In this document: piece by piece, positions 52,406 to 62,777 of the stretch
Position numbering within the stretch: the stretch's first letter is position 1
How the letters are laid out: each line of letters begins with the position of its first letter
Assembly (NCBI GenBank): GCA_051439505.1
Contig: JBFRWI010000158.1
Location: 1-64,000, forward strand
From: Hormoscilla sp.
GTDB lineage: Bacteria > Cyanobacteriota > Cyanobacteriia > Cyanobacteriales > Desertifilaceae
DNA length: 64,000 nucleotides
Direction of reading: 5' to 3'
Notes under the pieces: model-generated
What the model was told of the DNA's origin: nothing
Databases searched by the model: none
Seen by the model: only the letters and a program-made list of their open reading frames with translations
Program-made: the position numbers and the translations under genes

Positions 52406-53551
52406 ATGAAAGAACCTATCCCTAAGAATTTAGTGCTAATTGGTGGCGGCCACTCTCACGCGATCGCATTGCGCCTTTTTGGCATCAACCCATTACCAGG
52501 GGTAAACCTCACTCTGATCACGGACTGTTCCCATACTCCCTATTCTGGCATGCTTCCGGGTCACGTGGCCGGCTTTTATAATTTCGATGAATGTCACATT
52601 GACTTGCCACATCTTTGTCAGTTTGCTCAAGCCCAGATATATATCGATCGGGCAATTGGTTTAGACTTAGAAAATAATCGGGTACTCTGTGCCGAAGGCC
52701 CAGCAGTAAGCTTTGATTTGCTATCCATTGACATTGGCAGCACGCCAGCCCAAATATCCGTACCCGGTGCTGCAAAATACGCTATTGCCGCAAAACCCGT
52801 ACCGCAATTTTTGCAAGCTTGGAATCAACTAATATCTGAGACCGCAGAACTGAGAAAACCGATAATTATTAGTATTGTTGGTGGTGGGGCCGGGGGTGTA
52901 GAACTAGCGCTGACAATGCAACAACGGCTGAGAAAAGTTATCGGCATAGAAAATGTGAAGATTCATTTATTCCATCGGGGCAGGGAATTGATGAATTCTC
53001 ACAATCTCTGGGTACGCCAACGCCTGGAGAAAATTCTGATTCAGCGCGGTATCCAACTGCACTTACAAGAAAATGTTTGCGAAGTCAAACCCGGAGAGGT
53101 GCGGTGCGAGTCGGGTTTGACCGTTGAGTGCGATCGCATATTTTGGGTAACGCAAGCATCAGCACCCAGTTGGTTGGGGGAATCGGGGTTGACAACGGAC
53201 TCGTCAGGTTTTATCCTCGTAGAAGATACCCTGCGATCGGTCTCTCACGGGCAGGTATTTGCCGCTGGGGACATTGCCACGATGAAGAATTATCAGCGTC
53301 CGAAAGCGGGAGTATTTGCAGTCCGTCAGGGAAAACCATTGTTTGAGAATTTGCAGCAGATGTTGCTGTCCAAACCTCTACAACCCTATCGACCTCAGCA
53401 GGAGATTTTGGGTTTGATTGGCACCGGTGATGGACGGGCGATCGCCTCTCGGGGGAACTGGGGTTGCGGTCCCTCGAAGCTGCTGTGGGTTTGGAAAGAT
53501 CATATCGATCGCAAGTTTATGCGCCTGTTCAGCGACTTGCCGCGAAGGTAG
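52406..53551 (+). CDS. FAD-dependent pyridine nucleotide-disulphide oxidoreductase (SelD-associated N-terminal type), no SelD domain
   Basis: LIGGGHSH, PYSGMLPG, VGGGAGGVE, FAAGD, RPKAGVFAVRQG, WKD.IDRKFM. Confidence 0.85.
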   Translation: MKEPIPKNLVLIGGGHSHAIALRLFGINPLPGVNLTLITDCSHTPYSGMLPGHVAGFYNFDECHIDLPHLCQFAQAQIYIDRAIGLDLENNRVLCAEGPAVSFDLLSIDIGSTPAQISVPGAAKYAIAAKPVPQFLQAWNQLISETAELRKPIIISIVGGGAGGVELALTMQQRLRKVIGIENVKIHLFHRGRELMNSHNLWVRQRLEKILIQRGIQLHLQENVCEVKPGEVRCESGLTVECDRIFWVTQASAPSWLGESGLTTDSSGFILVEDTLRSVSHGQVFAAGDIATMKNYQRPKAGVFAVRQGKPLFENLQQMLLSKPLQPYRPQQEILGLIGTGDGRAIASRGNWGCGPSKLLWVWKDHIDRKFMRLFSDLPRR

Positions 53552-53731
53552 GGTGGGCACTGCCCACCATCCCTTACTGGTCGTGTAAAAAATTATGCTG
53601 TAAACATGGAAGAATATTTACAATAAAATATGTCAGAACGTAGGGTGGGCACCGCCCACCATCCGCTACCGGTTGTGTAAAAAAATCTGCTGTAAACATG
53701 CCACTAAATTTATAATTCAGTATGTCAGAAG
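53548..53731. repeat. Tandem pair of ~92-bp units each starting with a GTAG REP (BIME-like)
   Basis: GTAGGGTGGGCAC(T/C)GCCCACCATCC...GTGTAAAAAA...GCTGTAAACATG...TATGTCAGAA at 53548 and 53640. Confidence 0.8.
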
Positions 53732-53934
53732 CTGCAAGTATTAAAGTAGTCTCCGGTAGCGATCGCACCCTGGATAAACAGGAAATAGACTCTCATGAAA
53801 GGCTAGTTTTGTCCGATCGCGATCGGGATTTTTTTATATCAGTGATGTCAAACCATCCTAAACTGAATAGTAAACTAAAAGATGCGATCGCAGAATATCA
53901 AGAACAGTACGGAAATATAATGGGTGCATCATAG
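53722..53934 (+). pseudogene. DUF1778 (TacA-like) antitoxin remnant, partner GNAT toxin absent
   Basis: HERLVLSDRDRDFF...PKLN.KL..A matches the C-terminal half of DUF1778 antitoxins (recalled); N-terminal RHH missing. Confidence 0.6.
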
Positions 53935-54103
53935 TACAGTAATTTCTCTCGTTCCCTGACTCTGGCAGGGAACGTCCATAGGAGGTTCTGCCTCCAATGA
54001 ACTAAACACAAATCGCCAGTCTCGAAATCACCGATGTTGGGTTTCCGCACGAAACCAAACCTACGGCTACCGGTTGAGTACAAAAGGTAAAGAAAATTGG
54101 GAG

Positions 54104-54166
54104 TTGACTTTTTATTCAAGTTGAGCTATAGTAGATCTATGTGGATTTTGCATAAATACCGGGAGG
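54104..54166 (+). promoter_or_regulatory. Sigma70-type promoter and RBS of the pPIWI-RE operon
   Basis: TTGACT (54104-54109), 17-bp spacer, TATAGT (54127-54132); GGGAGG at 54161-54166 before ATG 54171. Confidence 0.65.
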
Positions 54167-54170
54167 TGGA

Positions 54171-55280
54171 ATGACTGCTACCTACAATGAACCAACACTA
54201 TCGTTCGACGAGTTGACGTTACATCTAATTGCCAGTGGCGTTATTAAACTCTACGAAAAAGTCAAAGATGGCGCTCCGCCAACCCTTCCTTATCCCAAAG
54301 AACTCCAGCGCGGTCTCGATCGACTCGTGTTAAGCTGTTTGCGTCAAGGAGAAAAACCGCCACAGGGAGTTCCCGACTTACTTGCCTGGTGCCAAAAACC
54401 CCTGTCAGAGTGGCCAATTCAATTGCCAGAAGATGCTGGCACGGCAGACAAACTGCTTGACGAGCAGATTCCTACAGGCATTTGCGAAGAATGGGCGATC
54501 GCGAGTGGAGATGTGGAAGCGGAAGCGATCCAGAAACAGTTGTTGCTAAATGTGATGCAGGTGTGCAAATCAGATGAGGCACCTAATTCTTATGTTGCTT
54601 TCCGGGAATTGCTGATTAGCAAACCCGTACTAACAGAATTTGAACTGCTACAGCATTGTCTTGATGATCCGTTGCAAATACTGGAAGCACAGATTAAAAC
54701 AGCCTACGAACCGGCACCTGAATCTTATGCGGTTAATGGTCAGTTCCACTGTTGCTCGAATTGCGGTAATATTCTGCTCCGCACTGTCAAAGGAGATTTG
54801 ATTTGTGCTGAAGATCGCTGTCGTACTCAAGGGTTTAAAGTTGGGCGTCAGGTTCCCCAAAAAGAGGGAGTGCTTTGGTTGAAGCGAGGACCACGGCGGT
54901 TTGTAGCGGCACCCGGTCGCGCCGAACTGCGATTGGCAGATAAACTGAAAGAGTTGGAACTGGAAGTGGAACTATGGCCCAATTTTGACAGCTACGATCT
55001 GCGGATTGTTTTCCCAGATGGAGATGCCTGGGCGATCGATGTTAAAGATTGGAAGGATCCTTTCTTGTTGGCACGGAAAGTTAAGCAGCAAGAGCCGCCA
55101 ATTGCCAGCGACCCACCTTGGACCCAAGCTTACTTTGTCTTCCCAGACGATCGCCAGCAACAACGTTCCGATTATAAACGAGCATTTTGCAACCATACAG
55201 GGCTTCCCAAGCAGATTAAGGCCAAGTTTGAGAAGGAGTTAATTAAAGATGTCAAACGCAAGCTAGGGGTAAATAATTAA
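54171..55280 (+). CDS. pPIWI-RE-associated restriction-endonuclease-fold protein (pPIWI_RE_Y + zinc finger + PD-(D/E)xK)
   Basis: Cys cluster CSNCG...C...C, PG..E..L, FDSYDL...WAIDVKDW nuclease motif; first gene of the operon. Confidence 0.85.
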   Translation: MTATYNEPTLSFDELTLHLIASGVIKLYEKVKDGAPPTLPYPKELQRGLDRLVLSCLRQGEKPPQGVPDLLAWCQKPLSEWPIQLPEDAGTADKLLDEQIPTGICEEWAIASGDVEAEAIQKQLLLNVMQVCKSDEAPNSYVAFRELLISKPVLTEFELLQHCLDDPLQILEAQIKTAYEPAPESYAVNGQFHCCSNCGNILLRTVKGDLICAEDRCRTQGFKVGRQVPQKEGVLWLKRGPRRFVAAPGRAELRLADKLKELELEVELWPNFDSYDLRIVFPDGDAWAIDVKDWKDPFLLARKVKQQEPPIASDPPWTQAYFVFPDDRQQQRSDYKRAFCNHTGLPKQIKAKFEKELIKDVKRKLGVNN

Positions 55281-58200
55281 ATGCGCGATACAACTCAATG
55301 GCGAGGGAGCCTGAAAGCAATAAGCGAGGACATAAAAAAAAGGGCAACAGAGCTAAATTTTACCACATTTTGCGATATCGAATTGGGACTTTATCTATTG
55401 TCTCAGTTGGCACCAAATGCTCCAGCTATTGCTCTCTGGGTGTTGCTGACGGGCTATCCGTTTCCCGTGGCGTCAGCAGCAAATTGGAGTGAAAAACAGC
55501 ATCGGATGCTCGGTAATGCCCGCCATATTCTCACCCAATTTAGAAGCAAATACAGTTGGGAGCGATCGTTGCAGCGATATCGTCAAGTAGACGAAATTGT
55601 GCGCGGTTTTGATGTAGACGAGAACCTAGAACAGTTTTCCTTCCGGGAAGTCAGCATTTGTTCTAAACGCAATGAAATCTACACAAAGACTCTTGAAGAA
55701 CCTCTACCCCATCGGAAAAACTCGGTTGAATGGGCTACTGCTGGTAAGTACGAATGTAGCGATGGCAAGTATAGAGTCACTGTCGATCTTGCCTCTGAGT
55801 TGGTATTTCCGCCACCGTCCGGTCACGACTTGAACTTGAAGGGGACAAATCAAAGACAGACAATTACTGTTACCTGGGAAGATTTGCTGGAGACTGCTCA
55901 ATGGATGGATACTCAGTCTGACGGAAAGTGGAAAGAACGTCTATCCAGGGTACGCCTAGACCTATTTGACTCCGATGACACCCTGACCCGTGCTGAGAAG
56001 TTAACATTTAATGGGTTGATGCATCTGATCGGGATGGTGTCTTCGGGGAAATCAACTTTAATGGATATCTTGGCAGTTTGGGCTGCTAAACATGAACTCC
56101 ACATAACGATCGTCGTCGGAGACGTGATCTCGGCCCTGAACCGCGCTAAACTATTCGATCGCTTAGGTATTCCCGTGGCTCCCATGTTGGGTGCATCCAA
56201 CCGCGATCGCCATACTAACCGCTTGCACCGTGCCTGGAATGCCGAACATCCCTTAGAAAAATTCAATCAGGAACACGTCGGTTTCCGGTGGCTGAGTACC
56301 GCTTGTCCTTTAAGCGAACTGCGTCGGGATGTGGCAAAACCTTTCTCAGCGGGCAAACAGCCTTGTATAACACTCTCTGGCATCAACGAACCAGATGATG
56401 AAGAGCAAGAACAACCAGATACAAGGAAAACTTATGTTTGTCCTATCTATAGTGCTTGCCCGTTTCATCAGGTACAGCGGGACTTGGTGGATGCCAAAAT
56501 TTGGATTGCTACCCCAGCTAGCTTAATTTACAGTCGGGTCGCGTCACAAATCAACCAGGAAAGTATTCGTTTTTCCGAGTTAGTATATCGTCGCAGCGAC
56601 CTGGTCATTGTTGATGAAGCGGACCAAGTGCAAGTACAACTCGACAATTTGTTCAGTCCCGGAGAAAAGTTATTCGGTCAGAAAGGAGATGGGTGGTTCA
56701 GTAAAGTTCAGCGACCGGTGGTGCAGCAGCTAAATCAAGGGGGACGGGGACAATTGATCGATCCGGATGTCGATCGCTGGTGCAAAGCCCATGATATGGT
56801 GCAGACAGCAACGAGTCGCATCTATGCCCTCATTCTGAGTCAACCACAACCAGCACTCAGCGAGTGGATCGATCGAGGAGAATACTTTACAGACTGGCTA
56901 ATTCTCAATAAGTTGGCGATGGCTCTTTCTGGCGCTCGCTACAAGACACGGGACAAGCATCAAGGTTATCGCCGACTGAGGGAATTATTTAATAATTACA
57001 TCGGAGACCCCCTCGGCGATCGCAGCAACAACCCTCTGTGCGAACTGACTCGACTGGCGATCGCGGTTATAGATGACGATCTGCTGCGCCTGCGCCTGGG
57101 TGAATGGATCGATGAGAATAAAGAACCTGATGTCACCTTGACAGAGGAACGACGAGAACATGCTATAGTCCAAATGGAGTTTGCACTCTTAGTGGCAGTG
57201 CTGCAAAACAGACTTAACCTGATGTTGCGGGACTGGAAACATGTGGAAGCGCCTCTGAAGTTACAAGAGCAAAGTTCGATGTTATTCTACAGTCCGCCCA
57301 GAGACTATGAAGGAATAATTCCCGTGGCTCCAATGGGTAACGTGCTAGCTTTCCAATATGTCAGTTATAGCGACAGCGGACCGGGAGATTTGCGGTTTTT
57401 CAAGTGCATGGGCGTGGGACGCTGGTTCTTACTGCACCTGCACGAACTATTTGCCAGTGATGCCATTGCTGGACCATCAGTCTTGTTGCTTTCAGGAACA
57501 AGTTGGGCCGGAAAAGCACCGGGATATCACGTACAGGTACCAGTGGCGGGAGTGCTGCGATCGCCCGAGGAAGAATTACAGGCAATTCAAGAGAGCTACT
57601 TTGAATTCAGTCCATTTTACGATCGAGAAAACAACCCAATTACTGTTTCTGGCAGCCACGACCGAGAAGGGGCACTCAAGGAACTGCTCAATCAATTAGC
57701 AAAACCAGGCGGTTTAGGCGGTCCGAGTAGACTAGAGCAAAAACGAGATGAACTAGAAGTTGGGCGTCAGCGCATCCTATTGCTTGTCGGTAGTTACGAT
57801 CAGGCGAAACTGGTCCAAACACATCTGGAAAACATTCAACCTGAGTGGCGCGGACAAGTTCTGCGTCTAGTTCGCGATGATGATGAGTTTGGCACGCAAT
57901 GGAGCAACAATAACCAAGGAATACAACGGGGACTCGTACATCAGTTTGCCAGTACGGATGCTTGGATTTTGATTGCACCCTTGATGGCGATCGAGCGCGG
58001 ACATAATATTCTCAATGATGAGGATAAAGCTGCCATTGGCGCGGCTTATTTTCTCGTGCGCCCCCATCCCCGTCCCGATGATATCAGCTATGCCCTTCAT
58101 TCTATCAATCGTTGGGCGATCGAACATTACGCCGACATCCCATGGCTGACCGCTCAATGTTCCGATGGGCAGGATGGTTCGCTTACACTAGATCGAGTGG

Positions 58201-58595
58201 GGGAGAAATTCCGTGAAAAGGCTTACGTTCGCTGGCGCCATCTCATGAGATTACCAATGATTTACAGCAGTCTGCCCCAAAACGAGCGAGAAGCTGTAAC
58301 ATGGAATCAGTTGGTTTCCATCTGGCAGGCGATCGGGCGTCTGATCAGGGGTGGCTGTCAAGCGGAAGTCTTTTTCTGCGATGCTGCTTTTGCTCGGCGC
58401 ACTGCATTCAATGACGATATAGGCGACGAACCAATAACCAGTCTGTTAGTCAGCATCAAAGAAGTGTTGCGTCCTTATTTTGCCACGGACTCTGACAGGG
58501 AAATCGCGCCCCGAGAACGGGAACTGGTGCAGGCACTCTATGGACCATTTTATACAGCTATTGAAAAGATAGGAGGCATAAATGCCGAGCTATGA
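55281..58595 (+). CDS. pPIWI-RE-associated DinG-like SF2 helicase (pPIWI_RE_Z)
   Basis: Walker A GMVSSGKST, Cys residues (ACPL, PC, CP..CP), VIVDEAD, LLSGTS, ERGHNILN, QAIGRLIRG, F.DAAF. Confidence 0.88.
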   Translation: MRDTTQWRGSLKAISEDIKKRATELNFTTFCDIELGLYLLSQLAPNAPAIALWVLLTGYPFPVASAANWSEKQHRMLGNARHILTQFRSKYSWERSLQRYRQVDEIVRGFDVDENLEQFSFREVSICSKRNEIYTKTLEEPLPHRKNSVEWATAGKYECSDGKYRVTVDLASELVFPPPSGHDLNLKGTNQRQTITVTWEDLLETAQWMDTQSDGKWKERLSRVRLDLFDSDDTLTRAEKLTFNGLMHLIGMVSSGKSTLMDILAVWAAKHELHITIVVGDVISALNRAKLFDRLGIPVAPMLGASNRDRHTNRLHRAWNAEHPLEKFNQEHVGFRWLSTACPLSELRRDVAKPFSAGKQPCITLSGINEPDDEEQEQPDTRKTYVCPIYSACPFHQVQRDLVDAKIWIATPASLIYSRVASQINQESIRFSELVYRRSDLVIVDEADQVQVQLDNLFSPGEKLFGQKGDGWFSKVQRPVVQQLNQGGRGQLIDPDVDRWCKAHDMVQTATSRIYALILSQPQPALSEWIDRGEYFTDWLILNKLAMALSGARYKTRDKHQGYRRLRELFNNYIGDPLGDRSNNPLCELTRLAIAVIDDDLLRLRLGEWIDENKEPDVTLTEERREHAIVQMEFALLVAVLQNRLNLMLRDWKHVEAPLKLQEQSSMLFYSPPRDYEGIIPVAPMGNVLAFQYVSYSDSGPGDLRFFKCMGVGRWFLLHLHELFASDAIAGPSVLLLSGTSWAGKAPGYHVQVPVAGVLRSPEEELQAIQESYFEFSPFYDRENNPITVSGSHDREGALKELLNQLAKPGGLGGPSRLEQKRDELEVGRQRILLLVGSYDQAKLVQTHLENIQPEWRGQVLRLVRDDDEFGTQWSNNNQGIQRGLVHQFASTDAWILIAPLMAIERGHNILNDEDKAAIGAAYFLVRPHPRPDDISYALHSINRWAIEHYADIPWLTAQCSDGQDGSLTLDRVGEKFREKAYVRWRHLMRLPMIYSSLPQNEREAVTWNQLVSIWQAIGRLIRGGCQAEVFFCDAAFARRTAFNDDIGDEPITSLLVSIKEVLRPYFATDSDREIAPRERELVQALYGPFYTAIEKIGGINAEL

Positions 58596-61296
58596 CCAAT
58601 TACGTACTCTTTCCTTTCGTCTGCCAGAGGGCAAACCCCTGAAACCGCAGACTTTTCAGATTCTCAAGTTTCCTGAAAAATGGAAATCAGAACTGCGGAA
58701 TTTACAGGCAGAGATTACGGGCCGTTCTGTAGATAAAACTAACGTGCCGATAAGTTCGCTGAACAAAGCCCTCCGCGCACTGGTGCCAGACCTGATCTAC
58801 ATTACTCCATACGCCGCTAAAAGTAACGTCCAACCTTGGCTGTACAGTGCAATGCCTATTGATATACAGGCGCTGTATTTAATTTTCAATGCCTGGGTAA
58901 AAACGCAATTTAAGAAGGCTTCTGAGAAACGAATTACCGCTTTGCTGAAAAAACTGCCAGTAGAGGATTTGCAGTGGGAACCCACGAAACTGAATGTAGG
59001 TAGCTGGACTACAGCAGACAACGGCACGGCAGAACTGGGAGGCGATAATAGCTTTATCTTGCTGCCCCACGTTTTGGCAGCAAAGTTGAGTCAAGACGAT
59101 ATATCGATTGAATTCGGTCCAAATATTCTCCGCTTTCGACGCGCACCGCTGTTTATTGGCAGCAAGGGAGCTGAACTGGTGTCTTGGCCGCCACTCGATT
59201 ATGCTGACAAGCGTGGCAGTTGGTACTGGTCTGTCGTCATTACGTTTACTCTTCAGACAGTACCTTTCCAAAGTTTCCCGGTACTCCACTGTGACCTGAG
59301 TCTGCGGCGCTGGGGAAGTATGCCAATCGAATTTTTACCTTCTGACAAAGAAACTAACGTTTATTTGTTGACTGAAGTGCCGTGGCTGAAAAATTTGCCA
59401 TATTCAAACAGCTTTCAAGTTGCCCCAATTCGTTCGGAGAAAGTACCAGCATCAGAAGGGCACAAGGATAAGTCAGAGTACCGCGTAACTTGGGGTAGCA
59501 ATTTAGTACCGTTACTCGATTGGCTCAAGGTGGGGGATCGATTTCCTACACCACAGAATATCAAAGATAACCCAGAGTCAACACTCAACCTCAACAACGA
59601 TAACCCCACTGCTGCGCTTGTTTTCCGTTATGGCATAAACCCGAAGCATGGGGTTGGTCCTGGTTTATCACCAGCAGACCGTCGCCAGCTTGCCGAACAG
59701 ATAGCGAAGCTGATAGCACCAGAATGGGAATTCGTTGAACTACTTCAAAGGGTTAAGTTCAAGTCTGAGGTTCCTACTAATATTTTTTTACCAGACTCAA
59801 AAGCGAAAAAAAAGACGAAGATTAGCGAATTTAACGCCCTACGGGTTCGCGCTATTCGTCAGGCAGTGGGAGATAGCCTAACTTTAGAAATATGGTATCA
59901 AAATGAAGCAAAACGCGCGGGGTTGATTAATGCTATTCGTGAAAGTTTGGGAATTCCTGATTCAGCATCCTTCCCTTACGAGTTTGCCGACTTGGACTTT
60001 ACCCTCAATCTCCGTTACCAGCCCTTGGGTGCGCTAGGTGATAAATTGGAAATTGACTCTGGTATTAAAGATGAAAAAGATCGACGCAGGCAGGCTATTA
60101 GGAAACGGGGAAAAGAAGTAGCAGAAAAAATTGAAAAAATTGAACAAGCTAGCGCCCCGCTAGCGCAATCAAAAGTGACTGCGGCATTGATCGAATTGGA
60201 TGGTGCGGACAGAAAAGATTTTGCCAATAACGCAGATCCCAAGTACGCTCTCCGTCGAGGATTTGCGTTGTGCGATCGCGTGACGCAATTTATTAGCACC
60301 GAATTAGATAAGTTATCGCATCGTGCCACCAGCAGTTTTCTAGATTTGTTGCGTCAGTTGGAAGTGCAACCTGCTTGTCCAAACATTGTCATCAAAAAAC
60401 ACAGTTTGCCTGATAAAATCAACTATGTTGGGTTGTGGTTGGTTAAGCATAATTCGCCAACGTCTGCTGATGGTAGTACTCAGCGAGTGCCTGTGATGGT
60501 TTACATGGCATCAGATACGACAGAAATTAAAGCGATCGCTCCTGGTTTTGACAATCAGTGGTTGCCCTATAGAGAGGCGCTGCTCAAAATTGGCAAAGAA
60601 GAAGTCAAAGGCTTTAAACGCCCAGAAGAAGCGATGCTCAAGTTTATCAAGCCTAAACTGCACGATGTTATATATCAGGATCGGTCGCCAAAAGATACAG
60701 TATTATTTTGTCACGCACAGAACACAAGACATGCTTGGAAATGGCTCAATAATGGAAATATTGCACTGGACATGGTATTTTTAGGCAAGGAAAAACCACA
60801 GCCAATTAACCGTTATTTTCCAGGACTTCGTATTGTGCGTATTCGCGATAGTCAGAGTCACGAAACACCAGAGTGGTACGCACAAAACAAGTTGTTGGCT
60901 GAAAAGGACAAGGAGCAGGGGTGGGCTCAGGGCATCTTTAAAATGGGCGATCGAGTATTTGCTAGCACTTACAATAAGCCGAAACAGTTTCAAAATCTCA
61001 GCCCTAAACAATCAAAAGTATCGCCTTGGACTACTGTAAACAAAACAACAAAGGAAGAGCATGTCCACGCTCCATCGCCGGATACTTATGTCTGGAATCC
61101 TGGTTTAGTCGAACTAACTGTTGCCTGTCTTCAATCTGGGGATGATCCATTTCCCTGGGTCGCGCTGACACACGAACTGCGACATATTGCACTCCAATAT
61201 GACGAACCTCTCAAACTTCCCTTACCTCTGCACTTGGCAAAGCAAATTGAGGAGTACGTCTTGTTGATGGAGAATGAGGACATAGAGGATGAGTAA
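58582..61296 (+). CDS. pPIWI-RE protein (N-terminal X domain, MID, PIWI/RNase H-fold)
   Basis: N-terminal P.SSLN.ALRALVPD..PWLYS, ELVSWPP; MID DPK.A.R.GFA...R.TQF; GLR.VR.R..ETP.W; C-terminal LPLPLHLAK..EY. Confidence 0.88.
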   Translation: MPSYDQLRTLSFRLPEGKPLKPQTFQILKFPEKWKSELRNLQAEITGRSVDKTNVPISSLNKALRALVPDLIYITPYAAKSNVQPWLYSAMPIDIQALYLIFNAWVKTQFKKASEKRITALLKKLPVEDLQWEPTKLNVGSWTTADNGTAELGGDNSFILLPHVLAAKLSQDDISIEFGPNILRFRRAPLFIGSKGAELVSWPPLDYADKRGSWYWSVVITFTLQTVPFQSFPVLHCDLSLRRWGSMPIEFLPSDKETNVYLLTEVPWLKNLPYSNSFQVAPIRSEKVPASEGHKDKSEYRVTWGSNLVPLLDWLKVGDRFPTPQNIKDNPESTLNLNNDNPTAALVFRYGINPKHGVGPGLSPADRRQLAEQIAKLIAPEWEFVELLQRVKFKSEVPTNIFLPDSKAKKKTKISEFNALRVRAIRQAVGDSLTLEIWYQNEAKRAGLINAIRESLGIPDSASFPYEFADLDFTLNLRYQPLGALGDKLEIDSGIKDEKDRRRQAIRKRGKEVAEKIEKIEQASAPLAQSKVTAALIELDGADRKDFANNADPKYALRRGFALCDRVTQFISTELDKLSHRATSSFLDLLRQLEVQPACPNIVIKKHSLPDKINYVGLWLVKHNSPTSADGSTQRVPVMVYMASDTTEIKAIAPGFDNQWLPYREALLKIGKEEVKGFKRPEEAMLKFIKPKLHDVIYQDRSPKDTVLFCHAQNTRHAWKWLNNGNIALDMVFLGKEKPQPINRYFPGLRIVRIRDSQSHETPEWYAQNKLLAEKDKEQGWAQGIFKMGDRVFASTYNKPKQFQNLSPKQSKVSPWTTVNKTTKEEHVHAPSPDTYVWNPGLVELTVACLQSGDDPFPWVALTHELRHIALQYDEPLKLPLPLHLAKQIEEYVLLMENEDIEDE

Positions 61297-61334
61297 TTGA
61301 TTCTACAACCGGAACAAGACTACGCATCGCACAT

Positions 61335-61529
61335 CTACATGGACTTTTCGGTATGGGCGATCGCCCTCGGCTCCATCGCCCACGTTAGCGTAAGTTTTTG
61401 TAGCCTTATCCTTGAGCGATCGCCAATTATCTCTGGACTTAGTTCGAGACTGGCAACAGCTTCCCAAAATAGATTGCAGAAAACTAATTTCAAGATTACA
61501 TCATTGTCTAGAAATACCAACCTTGCCAA
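61335..61529 (-). pseudogene. Truncated PIN-like protein N-terminus
   Basis: VFLDNDVILKL...L (PIN-type first strand and acidic motif), starts 3 nt after the peptidase stop, only 64 aa. Confidence 0.5.
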
Positions 61530-61531
61530 AA

Positions 61532-62552
61532 TTATACCTCAATTACTACTAATTCTAGATAATCCTGACTGTCTCTATCCAGTCTGTCTATATCCACATA
61601 CTTGCGGATATAATGATTAATTTCTTGAGGCGCGTCAGCATCACATTCCAGTAACTTTAATGCTTGAGACCCTGTTTGACAAGCAATTGCTTGTTTTTCC
61701 TTTGTCGCGGCTATCTTGCCCTTATGCCAAGCGTAGTAATGCGCTACAATGCCTGAGTAAACTCCATCTCTAGTTGAAATTTGTTTGGCATAAGCAGCCA
61801 ACTGCTCCCCTGTAAAATTTCGTGTAATATACCATATCTGGTTTGCCCAGTAAAAGTTCTAGAGCAAATTCGTTAGCTTCTATTTCTTCGGCGTCCTCTC
61901 TTTCTAGATTGATTTCATCATCAACAATGGCATCACCATGCAAGTGACCTTTGACAATATGTCCCAACTCATGTGCTAAGATTGACAGCAAGCGAGCTGG
62001 TGATTTGTGTTTGAGACTGATGACTATGACTGGTCGTTCATAAAAATAGGCTACCATGCCATCGAACTTACGAACAGCTTTGGGAAATTCAGCAAAATGA
62101 ACCACCGGTATTCCATAATTCCAGCAGAATTCGAGGAGTCCTGGAAGCTTGACAAACTCCCGACTCTCTAGAATAATATCTCGAATTTCCTTTGCTGATT
62201 TTGGCAAGGGTTTACAGGCTGGCGTACAAGCATATGCTATTATGTCAGCAATGTTTGCTGCCATGGCTTGCGCGAGAAAAAGCTGCTCTTTTTCAGTTCC
62301 AGGTTTAAGTTTGAACTTCGCCTGACAGGATCGCTTAAAAGTTGGCGTTCTCTCCGGTCTCAGCAACGATAATAGCTCCAGGTTTAAGCGACTGCAAATG
62401 TAGACCGCTGCCTCGATCGCGGCCCCGTTTATGGTTTCAACTTCATCATCCCACCAATCAGGTAATCCATAAGATCGCACGAAGTCTTTGGGAAAGCCCA
62501 GGGATGACAAGCGATCGTATAGGATATCCATATTCATTTCAGTTTGTGTCAT
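61532..62552 (-). pseudogene. ImmA/IrrE-family metallo-endopeptidase, frameshifted near 61820
   Basis: GIPVVH, DGM, LAHELGH, E.EAN.FA; frame 1 ends ..MVYYTKFYRG.., shifted frame continues RNFTGEQLAAYAKQ...VIEV* (tracked ORF 61532-61801). Confidence 0.8.
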
Positions 62553-62569
62553 GGTACGGCTCCTTTTGC

Positions 62570-62675
62570 CACAGGACCGCCGGGGGTTAAAACCCCCGGC
62601 TAATAGCTAAAGTCGGTTAAAACCGACTAATAATATAATCTTAAACTGATTGTAGCATTTTTTGACAAAATGGTA
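62570..62675. repeat. Dispersed palindromic repeat
   Basis: GCCGGGGGTTAAAACCCCCGGC and AGTCGGTTAAAACCGACT hairpins; downstream part resembles 42006-42066. Confidence 0.6.
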
Positions 62676-62777
62676 TTGTAGGGCGGCCCGATCGCCTCTC
62701 CTTTTCCGATAGCAGTAGTGCCATCACCGGTGACATGTACTGGCTGACGAAATTACCTTTTTTATTTTTGTTCAAGG

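Noticed and set aside
52406..53551. selD (selenide, water dikinase)
   Set aside because: Only the oxidoreductase domain is present; no SelD/AIR-synthase-like domain follows
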